Positions 1-12,600 of a stretch of DNA of 64,000 nt are shown here, in pieces. The stretch lies in assembly GCA_039794845.1 (NCBI GenBank), contig JAUQVK010000115.1, positions 1 to 64,000 on the forward strand. Direction: 5' to 3'. The stretch's first letter is position 1, and the number at the start of each line of letters is the position of its first letter. The notes under the pieces were generated by a model. The model did not search any database and had not been told where the DNA came from. It saw nothing but the letters and a program-made list of their open reading frames with translations. The translations under genes and the position numbers were made by a program. This DNA comes from Thermostichus sp. DRC_bins_24 (GTDB taxonomy: Bacteria > Cyanobacteriota > Cyanobacteriia > Thermostichales > Thermostichaceae).

Positions 1-112
1 ACAGTTCGGTTTTCAGAATTTGGATGGGTTCTGTTGTTTGTCCTACCAACCACTGCACAAAGGGAAGAGGATTGGCTTCCACCAGGGCTTTGCAGAGGTT
101 GTCATAGGGCAT
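1..112 (-). CDS. N-terminal part of an Rpn-family/putative transposase-like PD-(D/E)XK protein (runs off window start)
   Basis: Manual translation from ATG at 112: MPYDNLCKALVEANPLPFVQWLVGQTTEPIQILKTEL, resembling the cyanobacterial 'YDNLCK...WL.G...TELS' N-terminus. Confidence 0.6.
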   Translation of the reverse strand, partial: MPYDNLCKALVEANPLPFVQWLVGQTTEPIQILKTEL

Positions 113-148
113 GAGCTGGGTCAGGCTGGGGGGGGGTGACATCCATTC

Positions 149-1330
149 TCAAGGGATTCGGGGTAAGAACTCCTCAATTCGCCTGATGGCCTCTTCCAGC
201 CGGGATCCCTCCACAACCAAGGCAAAGCGCACATAGCCCTCCCCGGCAGAGCCAAAACCGGAACCGGGAGACAAGGCCACCCCAGTTGCCTTCACCAAGT
301 CCAAGCAAAACTGCCCAGAGGATCCCGTGTAACCCGCCGGCAAAGGCGCCCAGAGATACATCGTCGCTTCCGGCAGTGGGACGGGCCAACCGATGCGATG
401 CAATGCCGCTACCGCGATATCCCGCCGCTCTCGATACACCTGCCGCCAGTGCTGCAAAAAGGTCTCCGGAGCGGCCAAGGCCGCTGCTGCCCCCCGCAGA
501 ATGCCCTGGTACTGATGAAAGTCGATGGTGGATTTGACCAGCCGCAACGCCCGAATCAGATCTCGGTTGCCGATGGCATAGGCCACCCGAAACCCCCCCA
601 TATGGTAAGACTTCGACAGGGAGAAAAACTCGATGGTGCAAGTTTTTTGCGCATCCGCCTGTAGGGCCGAAGGGGCCACCTGGCCATCGAAGCGCCAATC
701 CACGTAAGGAAAATCGTGGGCCAAAATAATCTGGTGCTGCTGGCAAAAGTGCAGGGTTTGTTGCCAAAACTCCGGCGTCACGGTGGCGGTGGTGGGGTTA
801 TGGGGGTAGCTCAATACCAGGAGCCGCGCCTGCCGACAAACTTCATCTGGGATCCGATCCCACTGGGGCAAAAAAGCGTGCTCCGCCAGCAGGGGCAAAT
901 AGTAGGGGATCCCGCCCGCTAGATGGATCCCACCCCCATGAGAGGGGTAGCCCGGATTCGTAAGCAAGGCCACATCGCCAGGGTTGAGCAGGGCCAAAGG
1001 CAATAGAGCCGTTCCCTGCTGGGATCCAATCAGCGGCAGCACCTCTGTTTCCGGATCAACCGCAAGACCGAACTTGCCCTCGTACCATTTGGCACAGGCC
1101 TGACGAAACGCCACCGTGTCGTGAAAGAGGGTATAGCCATAGGTGGCCGGATCTGACAGGGACGACTGCACGGCGGCCAAGGCCTCGGGAGGTGGGAACA
1201 GATCAGAAGATCCTAAGGAAAGATCGATCAAATCTAGACCCGACCGGCGAGCCTCCCGCTTGGCCTGATCCATCTGGTCAAAGACATTGGAGCCAAGGGG
1301 GTACAGCCGTTGGGCAAAGGGGGCAAACAT
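149..1330 (-). CDS. PLP-dependent class I/II aminotransferase (LL-DAP aminotransferase-like paralog)
   Basis: 393 aa; YPHNPT, HDFPY, SLSKSY (PLP lysine), PGSGFG..GEGYVRFAL motifs. Confidence 0.9.
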   Translation of the reverse strand: MFAPFAQRLYPLGSNVFDQMDQAKREARRSGLDLIDLSLGSSDLFPPPEALAAVQSSLSDPATYGYTLFHDTVAFRQACAKWYEGKFGLAVDPETEVLPLIGSQQGTALLPLALLNPGDVALLTNPGYPSHGGGIHLAGGIPYYLPLLAEHAFLPQWDRIPDEVCRQARLLVLSYPHNPTTATVTPEFWQQTLHFCQQHQIILAHDFPYVDWRFDGQVAPSALQADAQKTCTIEFFSLSKSYHMGGFRVAYAIGNRDLIRALRLVKSTIDFHQYQGILRGAAAALAAPETFLQHWRQVYRERRDIAVAALHRIGWPVPLPEATMYLWAPLPAGYTGSSGQFCLDLVKATGVALSPGSGFGSAGEGYVRFALVVEGSRLEEAIRRIEEFLPRIP

Positions 1331-1400
1331 GCAGCAACTCTTCTGGAGCGGAGAAGTTTATCCTAGCTTGAGCCGAAATTTCATTCCCCTCCAGATCTCT

Positions 1401-1985
1401 TCATGAGCCAGAGTTGGAATCGGGGGAAGAGGGAGGCGTGGAGCGGGTGCTAGCAGCAGGGCCGCGGTCAAAAATTTCGATGTTCCATTGCCCCCGGCCG
1501 TTGCTCTCAAAGGCGATAAACCGGCCATCGCCGCTAATGGTGGGATTGCGCACATCCCCGGCCACTCGGCTACTGATGTTTTGCACGTTGCGGGTTTGGC
1601 GATCATAGAGAAAAATCTCGGACTTGCCCAGTGCATTCGACACGTAGACAATGAAGCGGCCATCCGCACTGATGTCGGGAGAGGTGGCGGCCACATCACT
1701 GGAGTTGAGGCCGGGCAATTCTATCAGGCGGCGCTCTTGAGTGTCGTAGAGGAAGATATCCTGGCTACCACTGCGGGCGGAGGAAAACACCAAGTAGCGA
1801 CCGTCACCACTAAAGGCAGGCTCCCCATCCGGGAAGATGCTATTCAGGCCACTGTTGGTAAGGCTGGGCCTTGGGGTACGAAAACCCTCTGGAGAACAGC
1901 CAAGCAGCAGCAGGCTCAGCCCGGCCAAGCACAGGCTCCCCGACCGGCGGGTTAAGCTGAATTGGGTCAGGCGTTCGGTCAGCAT
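1401..1985 (-). CDS. TolB-like (PD40 repeat) lipoprotein
   Basis: Lipobox LLGC; repeated P.[FI]S.DGR[FY][LI]VF.S motifs. Confidence 0.85.
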   Translation of the reverse strand: MLTERLTQFSLTRRSGSLCLAGLSLLLLGCSPEGFRTPRPSLTNSGLNSIFPDGEPAFSGDGRYLVFSSARSGSQDIFLYDTQERRLIELPGLNSSDVAATSPDISADGRFIVYVSNALGKSEIFLYDRQTRNVQNISSRVAGDVRNPTISGDGRFIAFESNGRGQWNIEIFDRGPAASTRSTPPSSPDSNSGS

Positions 1986-2029
1986 TATTGCCCCCTCCAG
2001 GTTTTTTCCATTTTAGTCAGCCAGGTGGG

Positions 2030-2314
2030 CTAGGCTTCCACCTTCACCCCTTTCCAAAAGGCCACATAACCGCGGATGTTGGCGGCAGCCGGCTTCGGAT
2101 CTGGGTAGTACCAGGCGGCATCTTTGTTCTCCTGGCCGTTTACCACGATGTTGTAGTAGCTGGCCAATCCCTTCCAGGGACAGGTGGTATGAGTAGAACT
2201 GGGCTGAAAGTACTCCAAATGGAGAGATTCCGGCGGAAAATAGATGTTGCCTTCTACGGTTTCGTAACGTTCTGTCTCTGCCAATACCACTCCATTCCAA
2301 ATCGCCTTCGGCAT
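2030..2314 (-). CDS. DUF427 domain protein
   Basis: VEGNIYFP, TCPWKG.ASYY, AAWYYPDP, IRGYVAFW. Confidence 0.9.
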   Translation of the reverse strand: MPKAIWNGVVLAETERYETVEGNIYFPPESLHLEYFQPSSTHTTCPWKGLASYYNIVVNGQENKDAAWYYPDPKPAAANIRGYVAFWKGVKVEA

Positions 2315-2447
2315 GGTGGCTCTCCTTTTGCAAAACCTTGAATGCGATCAGCCCGTACCCACTGCCCTAGCTGGGGTGAAGGCTGTACTCCTTTATTATT
2401 TCCTGCAACTTTCGAAAACCGACTGATTTTGGATCCGATTTGTCACC

Positions 2448-3878
2448 ATGGCTCGCCGCAACACCCTCCAAGATGACCTCAACTACCAACAGGCCAAACG
2501 CAGCCTGCGCCAGTGGGTGGCTCAACTGGATTTGCAGCCCCAAGAAGCAGTGGGCCTGGAAGCGGAATTGCACGGTCTGCAAACCCTCCTCGATAAATTA
2601 GAAACAGAGGTCATTCACATCGCTGCCTTTGGTCTGGTGGGTCGGGGCAAGTCTTCCCTGCTCAATGCCCTACTTGGAGAATCGGTGTTTGAGACCGGGC
2701 CAACCCATGGCGTCACCCGTAGCCAGCAGGCTGCCCCTTGGAAGGTGAGCTGGGAAACACGCCCGAAAACCCAGGCGGAGCCTGTTACGGCTCAGGGATC
2801 CTACTTACCCCCCGCCTCTATTCAATCGGTACAGGTGACCCATTGGGAGGGATCCCGTCTGGAGTTGATCGACACCCCCGGCCTTGATGAAGTGGATGGG
2901 GAGATGCGGGCCCGGCTGGCACAGGACGTAGCCCAGCAGGCAGATCTAATTCTGTTCGTCATTTGTGGGGATCTGACCCGGGTGGAGTTTGAGGCGTTGG
3001 CGGCTCTGCGGGAGGCCGGCAAACCGATGCTGCTGGTGTTCAACAAAATCGACCAATATCCCGAGGCGGATCGGCAGGCCATCTACGACAAGATCCGCAA
3101 CGAACGGGTGCGGCAGCTCCTTTCCCCCAATGAGATCGTCATGGTGGCGGCATCCCCCCGCATTCCTCGCCTGGTGCAAAGGCCGGATGGCAGCTTTGGG
3201 GCGCAGTTGGAGGTGGGATCCCCGCAGGTGGACGGGTTGCGGCTGAAGATTTTAGAGGTGTTGCATCGGGAGGGACGCTCACTGCTGGCCTTGAATGCCC
3301 TTTTGTTTGCAGATCGCGTTAACCAACAGGTGATCACTCGCAAGGTCGAGGCCCGTGCTCAGCAGGCCCAAGATCTGATTGGTTCAGCGGCGCGCACCAA
3401 AGCCTTGGCGGTGGCCCTCAACCCGATTACTTTGCTGGATACGCTGGGGGGCTTGGCCATCGATGTCGCCCTGATCCTGCGCCTGTCTCGCTTGTACGGG
3501 CTGCCCATGAGTACCCAGGGGGCGACCCAACTGCTGCAAAAGATCGTCCTCAGTATGCTCAGCCTCGGCGCCGGGGAATGGGTGGCCCTATTGGGGCTGG
3601 GATCCCTGAAAACTCTGCTGGGGGGATCCGTTCCCTTCAGTGGGGGATTCTCTCTGGGGGCCTACACCTCCGTGGCCCTCACCCAGGCGGTATTGGCAGG
3701 GGTTTCCTGCTATGCCATAGGGGAATCGGCCCGCCGTTACCTCACCCAAGGAGCCAGTTGGGGGCCAGAAGGACCTAGGGCTGCCATTGCCCAGATTTTG
3801 GCGGATTTGGATGAAGCCTCGATCACTGCCCGCATCCGCGAAGAAATCCGTGACAGGATGGGATCCGCCCTTACCTGA
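2448..3878 (+). CDS. Era-like GTP-binding protein with C-terminal DUF697/YcjF-type membrane region
   Basis: G1 GLVGRGKSS, G3 DTPG, G4 NKID; hydrophobic C-terminus. Confidence 0.85.
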   Translation: MARRNTLQDDLNYQQAKRSLRQWVAQLDLQPQEAVGLEAELHGLQTLLDKLETEVIHIAAFGLVGRGKSSLLNALLGESVFETGPTHGVTRSQQAAPWKVSWETRPKTQAEPVTAQGSYLPPASIQSVQVTHWEGSRLELIDTPGLDEVDGEMRARLAQDVAQQADLILFVICGDLTRVEFEALAALREAGKPMLLVFNKIDQYPEADRQAIYDKIRNERVRQLLSPNEIVMVAASPRIPRLVQRPDGSFGAQLEVGSPQVDGLRLKILEVLHREGRSLLALNALLFADRVNQQVITRKVEARAQQAQDLIGSAARTKALAVALNPITLLDTLGGLAIDVALILRLSRLYGLPMSTQGATQLLQKIVLSMLSLGAGEWVALLGLGSLKTLLGGSVPFSGGFSLGAYTSVALTQAVLAGVSCYAIGESARRYLTQGASWGPEGPRAAIAQILADLDEASITARIREEIRDRMGSALT

Positions 3879-3915
3879 ACGCCGTACAATCTAAGGGGCC
3901 GAGCCGGTTACTTCC

Positions 3916-4680
3916 ATGACCTACTGCCTTGGCATCCTCACCCGTTCAGGATTGGTGATGGCTGCAGATTCCCGCACCAATGCAGGGGTCGATTATGTCT
4001 CCACCTATCAGAAGCTGTTTGATTTTTCGCTGCCTGAGGAGCGGGTGATTCTAATCTGCACCTCCGGCAACCTGTCCATCACCCAGAGCGTCCTCACCGA
4101 GATCCAGCGGGATCTGCGCCACCAGGAAACCCCGAACCTACACACCCTGCCCAATCTTTACGACATCGCACGTTATCTCGGCTCCAAAATTCGCGCCATT
4201 CAAGAGCAGGATCGCCCCTGGCTGGAGAAAGACGGCATCGATGCCCAGTGTAGCTTCCTGTTGGGGGGACAAGTGCACGGCGAAAGTCCGGCACTGTTTT
4301 TAATCTACAACCAGGGCAACTGCATTCAGGCCACCCCCGAAACCCCTTTTTTGCAGGTGGGGGAAACCAAGTACGGCAAACCGATCTTGGATCGCACCCT
4401 GTCCTACGAAACTCCCCTGGAGGATGCCGCCAAGTGTGCGCTACTTTCCATCGACTCCACCATGAAATCCAACATTTCCGTCGGCCCCCCCATCGATCTG
4501 GTGATGGTACAGGTGGATCAGCTCAAGGTCAGCCATCGTCTGCGCCTGCGCACTGGGGATCCCTACTTGGCGAAAATGCGAAAATTGTGGGAAAGCTCCC
4601 TCAAGCAGGCCTTCGATCAGATGCCCCCGGTCGAGTGGACCTACTTAGATCCGCGGGATCAAGAGGAGCTGATCGACTGA
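3916..4680 (+). CDS. Proteasome-type protease (Anbu)
   Basis: N-terminal MTYC (catalytic Thr), DSRTNAGVD, GETKYGKPILDR, DSTMKSNISVG. Confidence 0.9.
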   Translation: MTYCLGILTRSGLVMAADSRTNAGVDYVSTYQKLFDFSLPEERVILICTSGNLSITQSVLTEIQRDLRHQETPNLHTLPNLYDIARYLGSKIRAIQEQDRPWLEKDGIDAQCSFLLGGQVHGESPALFLIYNQGNCIQATPETPFLQVGETKYGKPILDRTLSYETPLEDAAKCALLSIDSTMKSNISVGPPIDLVMVQVDQLKVSHRLRLRTGDPYLAKMRKLWESSLKQAFDQMPPVEWTYLDPRDQEELID

Positions 4681-4732
4681 GGGAGGGATCCCCTTGGTAG
4701 GATAGGGGCTGCTTCTCCGCACAACCTTTGCT

Positions 4733-5719
4733 ATGTCAACGAGCAGCTTTCAAGATCTGATCTTTCGCCTACAGCAGTTTTGGGGAGAGCAAGGTTGCCT
4801 CATCCTGCAACCCTATGACACCGAAAAAGGGGCAGGCACCATGAGCCCCCATACGTTTTTGCGAGCCTTGGGACCGGATCCCTGGCGGGTAGCTTACGTG
4901 GAGCCCTGTCGTCGGCCCACCGATGGGCGCTATGGGCAAAACCCGAATCGGTTACAGCATTATTTCCAGTATCAAGTGCTGATTAAACCCTCACCCGATG
5001 ACATCCAAGAGCTGTATTTGGATAGCTTAAGAGCGTTGGGTATTGATCCCAACGAACACGACATTCGTTTTGTGGAGGACGACTGGGAATCTCCCACCTT
5101 AGGAGCCTGGGGTGTGGGTTGGGAAGTGTGGTTGGATGGCATGGAGGTGACGCAATTCACCTATTTTCAGCAGGTGGGGGGACAAGATTGCCGCCCGGTG
5201 TCCGTGGAGATTACCTATGGGCTAGAGCGCCTAGCCATGTACCTACAGGGCGTTGATGCTGTCTACGATCTGTGCTGGGGTGAGCATTCCTCTTTGGGGC
5301 GCATTACCTATGGCCAAATCTATTTTCAAAATGAAGTCGAGCAATCCCACTACAACTTTGAGTATTCTGACCCGAAGATGCTGTTTGAACTGTTTCGGCT
5401 CTACGAAGCTGAGGCCAAACGACTGATTGAAACAACACAACAAAAACTCCAGGAGCAGGTGCTGCCAGATCGGCTGGCGGTGTCCCTTCTCTTGCCCGCT
5501 TATGACTATGTACTCAAGTGCTCCCACAGCTTTAACCTGTTGGATGCCCGCGGGGTTATTGCGGTGGCGGAACGCACCCTCTACATTGGGCGCATCCGCA
5601 ACTTAGCCCGACAATTGGCGGAGATCTACGTTAGCCAAGCGGACCACCCCGGCTCGAATTATGCCTTGCGGCAACCGGAACCCACTTTGTTCTACAGCGG
5701 CGCCCCCCTAGACAGCTAA
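4733..5719 (+). CDS. glyQ: Glycine--tRNA ligase alpha subunit
   Basis: [53 protein letters not shown]. Confidence 0.97.
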   Translation: MSTSSFQDLIFRLQQFWGEQGCLILQPYDTEKGAGTMSPHTFLRALGPDPWRVAYVEPCRRPTDGRYGQNPNRLQHYFQYQVLIKPSPDDIQELYLDSLRALGIDPNEHDIRFVEDDWESPTLGAWGVGWEVWLDGMEVTQFTYFQQVGGQDCRPVSVEITYGLERLAMYLQGVDAVYDLCWGEHSSLGRITYGQIYFQNEVEQSHYNFEYSDPKMLFELFRLYEAEAKRLIETTQQKLQEQVLPDRLAVSLLLPAYDYVLKCSHSFNLLDARGVIAVAERTLYIGRIRNLARQLAEIYVSQADHPGSNYALRQPEPTLFYSGAPLDS

Positions 5720-5862
5720 TTGTTCGCAAAAGGGATCCCACTTTTGGCTATGATGGGAGATTAGCATCGACAGGATGCTGGCAAGCCGAGTTGATTGTCT
5801 CTTGGAAAATCTTTCTTGCTTTTCTCGCTGATCACCCTCTTAATTCTCTGGAAAAATTCTTT

Positions 5863-6387
5863 ATGTTTCACCATCCCGTCACTCGGGTCTCCATCTTTAT
5901 TGATGGCAATAATATGTTTTATGCCCAACAAAAGAATGGCTGGTTCTTTGACCCGCGTCGTGTCTTGGAATACTTTACCAAGTCACAGCCCAACGTGGAG
6001 CTGGTCAATGCTTTTTGGTACACTGGCATTAAAGATGCCCATGACCAGAGAGCTTTTCGAGATGCCTTGATTAGTCTGGGCTTCACGGTGCGCACCAAGT
6101 ACCTCAAAGAATATCGAGATGAAGACTCTGGTCGCTATTCCCAAAAGGCAAATCTGGACATCGAAATTGTCATCGACATGTTTAATACTGTCGAGCAATA
6201 CAACAAGATCGTCTTATTTAGTGGCGATGGGGATTTTGAGCGGGCTGTGGAGTTGCTACGCTCCAAAAACACCTTGATTACGGTTGTCTCCACCGAGGGG
6301 ATGATCGCCCGTGAGTTGCGCAATGCTACCGATCGCTACATCGACCTAAACGAGATTCGACACTTTATCGAGAAGTTGGAGAAATAG
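5863..6387 (+). CDS. NYN domain (LabA/DUF88) protein
   Basis: IFIDGNN, KANLDIEIVIDM, LFSGDGDF; ATG at 5863 chosen over the upstream TTG. Confidence 0.85.
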   Translation: MFHHPVTRVSIFIDGNNMFYAQQKNGWFFDPRRVLEYFTKSQPNVELVNAFWYTGIKDAHDQRAFRDALISLGFTVRTKYLKEYRDEDSGRYSQKANLDIEIVIDMFNTVEQYNKIVLFSGDGDFERAVELLRSKNTLITVVSTEGMIARELRNATDRYIDLNEIRHFIEKLEK

Positions 6388-6554
6388 TTCCGATCAGGCA
6401 GACTACGACTGAGACAGGCATGCCCTGGAAACCCTCGGTCTGAGGTTGAGTGCACTTGCCCCAGATGGATGATAGAGGAAGCCCAGAGGGAATAGAGCAG
6501 CCGGGGGCCGGAGGGGTTACGATTGTAAAAAATCTTTGCTCTTCTCAGGTTTTT

Positions 6555-8366
6555 ATGACCGACGTTCCCGTCTCCCGTATTCGCAATTTCTCGATCATTG
6601 CCCACATTGACCACGGCAAATCCACCCTGGCGGATCGGCTCCTGCAGGAGACCGGAACGGTGGCTGCCCGCGAGATGAAGCCTCAGTTGCTGGACAACAT
6701 GGAGCTGGAGCGGGAACGGGGCATTACCATCAAGTTGCAGGCGGCTCGCATGAACTACCGCGCCCAGGATGGTCAGGACTACGTCTTGAACCTGATCGAC
6801 ACTCCTGGCCATGTGGATTTCACCTACGAAGTCTCTCGCTCTCTGGCCGCCTGTGAAGGGGCCCTGTTGGTGGTGGATGCCTCACAGGGGGTAGAAGCGC
6901 AAACCTTGGCCAATGTCTATTTGGCCCTGGAAAATAACCTGGAAATTATTCCGGTGATCAACAAAATCGATCTGCCGGGGGCGGAGCCGGATCGGGTGAT
7001 CGACGAAATTGAACAGGTGATCGGCCTCGACTGCAGTGGAGCCATTCTCGCTTCCGCCAAGGTGGGCATTGGCATTCAAGACATTCTAGAGGCGATTGTC
7101 CGACGGATCCCTCCTCCCAAGGATACGGTTGCGGATCCCTTACGGGCCTTGATTTTTGACAGTTACTACGACTCCTATCGGGGGGTGATTGTCTACGTGC
7201 GGGTCATGGATGGGGAGGTGAAAACCGGCGACAAGATCCACTTTATGGCCTCGGGGCGGGAGTACGAGATTGCCGAGGTGGGAGTAATGCGCCCCATGCA
7301 GGAGCCCATTGCTGCCCTTCATGCCGGGGAGGTGGGCTACATTGCCGCCGCCATCAAAAGTGTGGAGCACGCCCGCGTGGGGGATACCGTCACCTTAGTC
7401 AATCGCAAGGCCCCGGAGCCGCTACCGGGCTACAAAGAAGCCAAACCGATGGTGTTTTGTGGGCTGTTCCCCAGCAGCTCGGATCAATATGCCGAACTCA
7501 AGGAAGCCCTGGAAAAGTTGAAGCTCAACGATGCCGCCCTCAACTTTGAGCCCGAAGTCTCTAGCGCTATGGGCTTCGGCTTCCGCTGTGGGTTCCTGGG
7601 CCTGCTGCACATGGAGGTGGTGCAGGAACGCTTAGAGCGGGAATACAACCTGGATTTGGTGATTACAGCTCCCACAGTGGTCTATCGAGTCACCCTCAAC
7701 GATGGATCCGTGATCCGCGTGGACAATCCCAGCGAATTGCCCTCCCCCAACGAACGCACCAGCATCGAGGAGCCGATCGTACGAGTGGAGGTGATTCTGC
7801 CGGAGGAGTTTGTCGGCACGGTGATGGAGTTGTGCGAGACCAAACGCGGCACCTTCAAGGATATGAAATACCTGGCCCAAGGACGCACCACCTTGGTGTA
7901 CGAATTGCCTTTGGCAGAGGTGGTTACCGACTTTTTTGATCAGATGAAATCTCGCACCCGCGGCTATGCCAGTATGGATTACCAGATTATCGGCTATCGC
8001 CCTGATGATTTGGTGCGTTTGGATATTTTGATCAATGGGGATCCGGTGGATTCTCTCTCCACCATTGTGCATCGGGATAAAGCCTTTTATGTGGGTCGTT
8101 CCTTGGTGGCGAAGTTACGGGAGTTGATCCCCCGTCATCAATTTGAGGTGCCGATTCAAGCGGCCATCGGTTCCAAGATTATTGCCCGCGAAACCATTCC
8201 GGCGTTGCGCAAGAACGTTTTGGCCAAGTGCTACGGTGGGGACGTTACCCGCAAGCGCAAACTCCTGGAGAAACAAAAAGAAGGGAAAAAACGGATGAAA
8301 TCGGTGGGAACGGTGGATGTACCTCAGGAGGCCTTTATGGCAGTATTAAAATTGCAAAATGAGTAA
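6555..8366 (+). CDS. lepA: Translation elongation factor 4
   Basis: [52 protein letters not shown]. Confidence 0.98.
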   Translation: MTDVPVSRIRNFSIIAHIDHGKSTLADRLLQETGTVAAREMKPQLLDNMELERERGITIKLQAARMNYRAQDGQDYVLNLIDTPGHVDFTYEVSRSLAACEGALLVVDASQGVEAQTLANVYLALENNLEIIPVINKIDLPGAEPDRVIDEIEQVIGLDCSGAILASAKVGIGIQDILEAIVRRIPPPKDTVADPLRALIFDSYYDSYRGVIVYVRVMDGEVKTGDKIHFMASGREYEIAEVGVMRPMQEPIAALHAGEVGYIAAAIKSVEHARVGDTVTLVNRKAPEPLPGYKEAKPMVFCGLFPSSSDQYAELKEALEKLKLNDAALNFEPEVSSAMGFGFRCGFLGLLHMEVVQERLEREYNLDLVITAPTVVYRVTLNDGSVIRVDNPSELPSPNERTSIEEPIVRVEVILPEEFVGTVMELCETKRGTFKDMKYLAQGRTTLVYELPLAEVVTDFFDQMKSRTRGYASMDYQIIGYRPDDLVRLDILINGDPVDSLSTIVHRDKAFYVGRSLVAKLRELIPRHQFEVPIQAAIGSKIIARETIPALRKNVLAKCYGGDVTRKRKLLEKQKEGKKRMKSVGTVDVPQEAFMAVLKLQNE

Positions 8367-9000
8367 TCGGCTGACGACTCCACTCACCCCCCGGCGGGAG
8401 GAGATCCTGGCCTGGTTGGAGCAGCAGGTGCCTGCTCCCCGCCTGCGCCATATTTTGGGGGTAGAAGCCATGGCTCGAGCACTGGCGGCGCACTACGGCC
8501 TGGATGAACACAAGGCAGCTTGGGCTGGTTTGCTGCACGATCTGGCCAAGTATTTTCCCCCGGAAAAACTGCTGCACTTGGCAGCTCAGGAGCGGGAGCT
8601 GGATGAGATCGAACGGGCGGAACCCCACATTCTGCACGCAGAAGTGGGATCCCTGGTGGCGCGGGATCAGTTTCAGGTGCAGGATCCGGAGATTTTGGCG
8701 GCCATCCGTAACCACACCTTGGGGCAACCGGGCATGGATCCGTTAAGTTGTGTGGTTTTTATTGCCGATGCCCTAGAGCCGCAACGGGGCAACAATCCAG
8801 AATTGGAGCAATTGCGACAACTGGCCTTCACGGATTTGGCCAAGACGGTGGTGGGGGTATGTGACCTGAGCCTGAGATTTTTGCTAAACCGGAGTCAGGT
8901 AATCCATCCGCGCACGGTAATGACTCGTAATTATTTTTTGTTACATCCTTCGGGGAGCTCTGCTTCCCAAGCCAATTCAGTCGTTTCGGGAGGTTTTTAG
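8359..9000 (+). CDS. yqeK: HD-domain symmetrical Ap4A hydrolase YqeK
   Basis: [32 protein letters not shown]; precedes rsfS. Confidence 0.88.
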   Translation: MSNRLTTPLTPRREEILAWLEQQVPAPRLRHILGVEAMARALAAHYGLDEHKAAWAGLLHDLAKYFPPEKLLHLAAQERELDEIERAEPHILHAEVGSLVARDQFQVQDPEILAAIRNHTLGQPGMDPLSCVVFIADALEPQRGNNPELEQLRQLAFTDLAKTVVGVCDLSLRFLLNRSQVIHPRTVMTRNYFLLHPSGSSASQANSVVSGGF

Positions 9001-9024
9001 TTGCTACATCTCAGGCCTGCCCCT

Positions 9025-9384
9025 ATGGGGGATCCCATCTATCGCATGGCGTTGAGCGCAGCCCGCGCAGCAGAAGAAAAGAAAGGTGGCGATATCGTTC
9101 TATTGGATGTATCCCAGGTTTCGACTTTGGCAGATTACTTCCTTTTGGTCAGTGGCTATTCTCTTACGCAAGTCCGAGCCATTGCCCGAGCGATCGAAGA
9201 ACAGGTTTGGGAAGAGTGGCAAGAGGCTCCACGCCGCATTGAGGGACAGGAATCAGGTTCTTGGATACTGATCGATTATGCAGATCTGATCGTGCATGTA
9301 CTCATGCAGGAGGAAAGAGATTACTACGATCTAGAATCTTTTTGGGCTCAGGCCCACCGAGTTAATTTGCCGATAGCGGGCTAA
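9025..9384 (+). CDS. rsfS: Ribosome silencing factor (Iojap)
   Basis: EKKG.DI..LDV, WILIDY.D.IVH, R.YYDLE.FW. Confidence 0.95.
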   Translation: MGDPIYRMALSAARAAEEKKGGDIVLLDVSQVSTLADYFLLVSGYSLTQVRAIARAIEEQVWEEWQEAPRRIEGQESGSWILIDYADLIVHVLMQEERDYYDLESFWAQAHRVNLPIAG

Positions 9385-9389
9385 ACCTC

Positions 9390-9497
9390 TGGGATATTCA
9401 CCGGGATATTCACCGAGACAATTAAGTATCCTAAGTATCCCTCTACACATCTTTGCTTGTTCTCAAATTGCTTGTTCTCATGCTTGTTCTCAAATTG
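9390..9497. repeat. Cluster of short tandem duplications
   Basis: GGGATATTCACC x2, TAAGTATCC x2, TGCTTGTTCTCA x3 just after the rsfS stop. Confidence 0.85.
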
Positions 9498-9995
9498 ACC
9501 CACTTGACAGAGATTTTGCTTGGTCAAGAAATATGTACAGCTCGCAACAATACCACAAGTTCCTATGTAATTGCGTGCTAGCGTATCGGATGAGAAGTTG
9601 ATGAGCCTATCTCATTTCCTTCTTAGGCTGCGTTTCTATACTCTTCATTAAATGGCTTGAGGTGTCTTCCTCGAAACGTCGATAATCTTGTGTTGGTACT
9701 GAGTATCAACGTCAAGGATTTAGACCTGTTGATTCTATCTATCAATAGAGTTATGGGAAGACAGATTGGGCTAGCAAATTGGGGTAAGGAGCCAGCAGTT
9801 TAATAGATCTTGTGGAAATGTTCACGATTCTTTCCCGATTGTGTGAGGATCGGGCCCGCCTTGGGTCAGCTCTTTTGCTTCCGGCCAAAGGCCAGGTGTT
9901 GGCAATAGCTCGACTCAAGAAAGGCTGTGTTTAAGGTGGATTTGTTTTGGAGCACCTCTTTAAGAGTTGCCAAGGATTATTTTGGGAGATTCATC

Positions 9996-10316
9996 ATGGA
10001 AAAGATGCTGGTCAATATCATCGAGTACCTAGCCCTGGGGGAGTTGGAGGATTATCTCTGCAGGGAGCATCCCCATCAACAGGTGTTCCATGATGCGATG
10101 GAACGAGAAGCGATGATGCAGCAGGTGTTAAACCGGATCCCTGCCATTTATATGTGGTTGGCTGCCGATGAATGCCCCAGCCGTGATCAACTGAATCCTG
10201 CCGAACAGGAACTGCTGCGCTCGGTTGTACGAGATGTGGTCAATCAGAAATTGCAGCAAGCCTCCTTCAGCATTGATCCCTACGCGGGATCCATGACCGA
10301 AGCCTTTTACGGATAA
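9996..10316 (+). CDS. Hypothetical protein, ComFB/CdgR-like
   Basis: LVNIIE..., HPHQQVF, VLNRIPAIY resembles the ComFB 'ALNRLPP.Y' motif; GGGAG upstream of ATG. Confidence 0.55.
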   Translation: MEKMLVNIIEYLALGELEDYLCREHPHQQVFHDAMEREAMMQQVLNRIPAIYMWLAADECPSRDQLNPAEQELLRSVVRDVVNQKLQQASFSIDPYAGSMTEAFYG

Positions 10317-10420
10317 TTTTACGGATAAGGAGATCCAGCCTGTTGGGGACAGTGGTACAGGCTTAGGTTAAACTGCAAAAGCATTGGCCTAGCCCGTTCA
10401 TTTTCTCCGTCCACTTTCTT

Positions 10421-11338
10421 ATGCTGCCCATTTATTATTCAGAGGCTTACCTCAGCCACGATACGGGAGCATTTCACCCTGAGCGTCCGGCTCGTTTGCA
10501 GTCGATCGTCAAGGCCCTACGCAGTGCCCCTTTTGCCGACCAACTTGAATGGCGGGATCCCCCGCTGGCGGCCCTTTCTGAAATTGAACGGGTACACTCT
10601 CCCCGGCACATTCGGTTGGTTGCCGAGCTGGCGGCAGCAGGGGGGGGGCGCATCGAAGCCGACACGCCTTTGTCCTCCGGGAGCTTTGAGGCGGCGCGTT
10701 TGGCAGTGGGGGGGTGGGTTGCTGCAGCGGCGGCGGTTTTGGAAACCGCCCAACCGGCTTTTGTGCTCTGTCGCCCACCGGGCCATCACGCCGAGCCGGA
10801 GCAGGCGATGGGGTTTTGTCTGTTTAGCAATGCGGCCATTGCGGCGCTGTGGGCTTTAGAACAACCGGGCATCGAGCGGGTGGCCATTTTTGACTGGGAT
10901 GTTCACCACGGTAATGGTACGCAAACGGTGGTCGAGCGACATCCGCAACTGGCCTATGCCTCCACCCACCAGTCCCCCCTTTACCCCGGCACGGGATCCG
11001 CCGCCGAAACTGGGCCCTACGGCAACGTCTGCAATGTGCCTTTGCCTGCAGGATCTGATTGGTCGGTCTATAAAAACGCCCTGAGCGAGAAGATTCTGCC
11101 CTTCTTGCAAAAGGTTCAGCCGGATCTGTTGTTGGTTAGTGCTGGCTTTGACTGCGCCAAAGGGGATCCCTTGGCGAGCATGCTGCTGGAGCCCGAAGAC
11201 TTCGGCCGTATGGCTCAGCTGTGCCTTGAGCAGGTTACCCGCAGAACCCTCTTCGGCTTAGAAGGGGGCTATGACCTGAACAATTTGGCTCGAAGCTGGC
11301 TCAGTCTGGCCCAGGTGTGCCTGGGGGGCGAGCCCTGA
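10421..11338 (+). CDS. Histone deacetylase family protein
   Basis: HPERPARL, RPPGHHA, GFCLFSN, DWDVHHGNGTQ, SAGFD, LEGGY. Confidence 0.95.
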   Translation: MLPIYYSEAYLSHDTGAFHPERPARLQSIVKALRSAPFADQLEWRDPPLAALSEIERVHSPRHIRLVAELAAAGGGRIEADTPLSSGSFEAARLAVGGWVAAAAAVLETAQPAFVLCRPPGHHAEPEQAMGFCLFSNAAIAALWALEQPGIERVAIFDWDVHHGNGTQTVVERHPQLAYASTHQSPLYPGTGSAAETGPYGNVCNVPLPAGSDWSVYKNALSEKILPFLQKVQPDLLLVSAGFDCAKGDPLASMLLEPEDFGRMAQLCLEQVTRRTLFGLEGGYDLNNLARSWLSLAQVCLGGEP

Positions 11339-11342
11339 ACCC

Positions 11343-12524
<1,182 letters not shown>

Positions 12525-12600
12525 CTATCAAGTTATGGGATCAAAGACAAACTCCTGCAGGATCGGGTTTTTGCGGCCAAAGATCAAGGTCAAGAGCCCC

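Noticed and set aside
9850..9930. Possible c-di-GMP riboswitch upstream of the ComFB-like gene
   Set aside because: GCTTCCGGCC resembles part of the class I motif, but the GNRA loop/receptor architecture is not evident.
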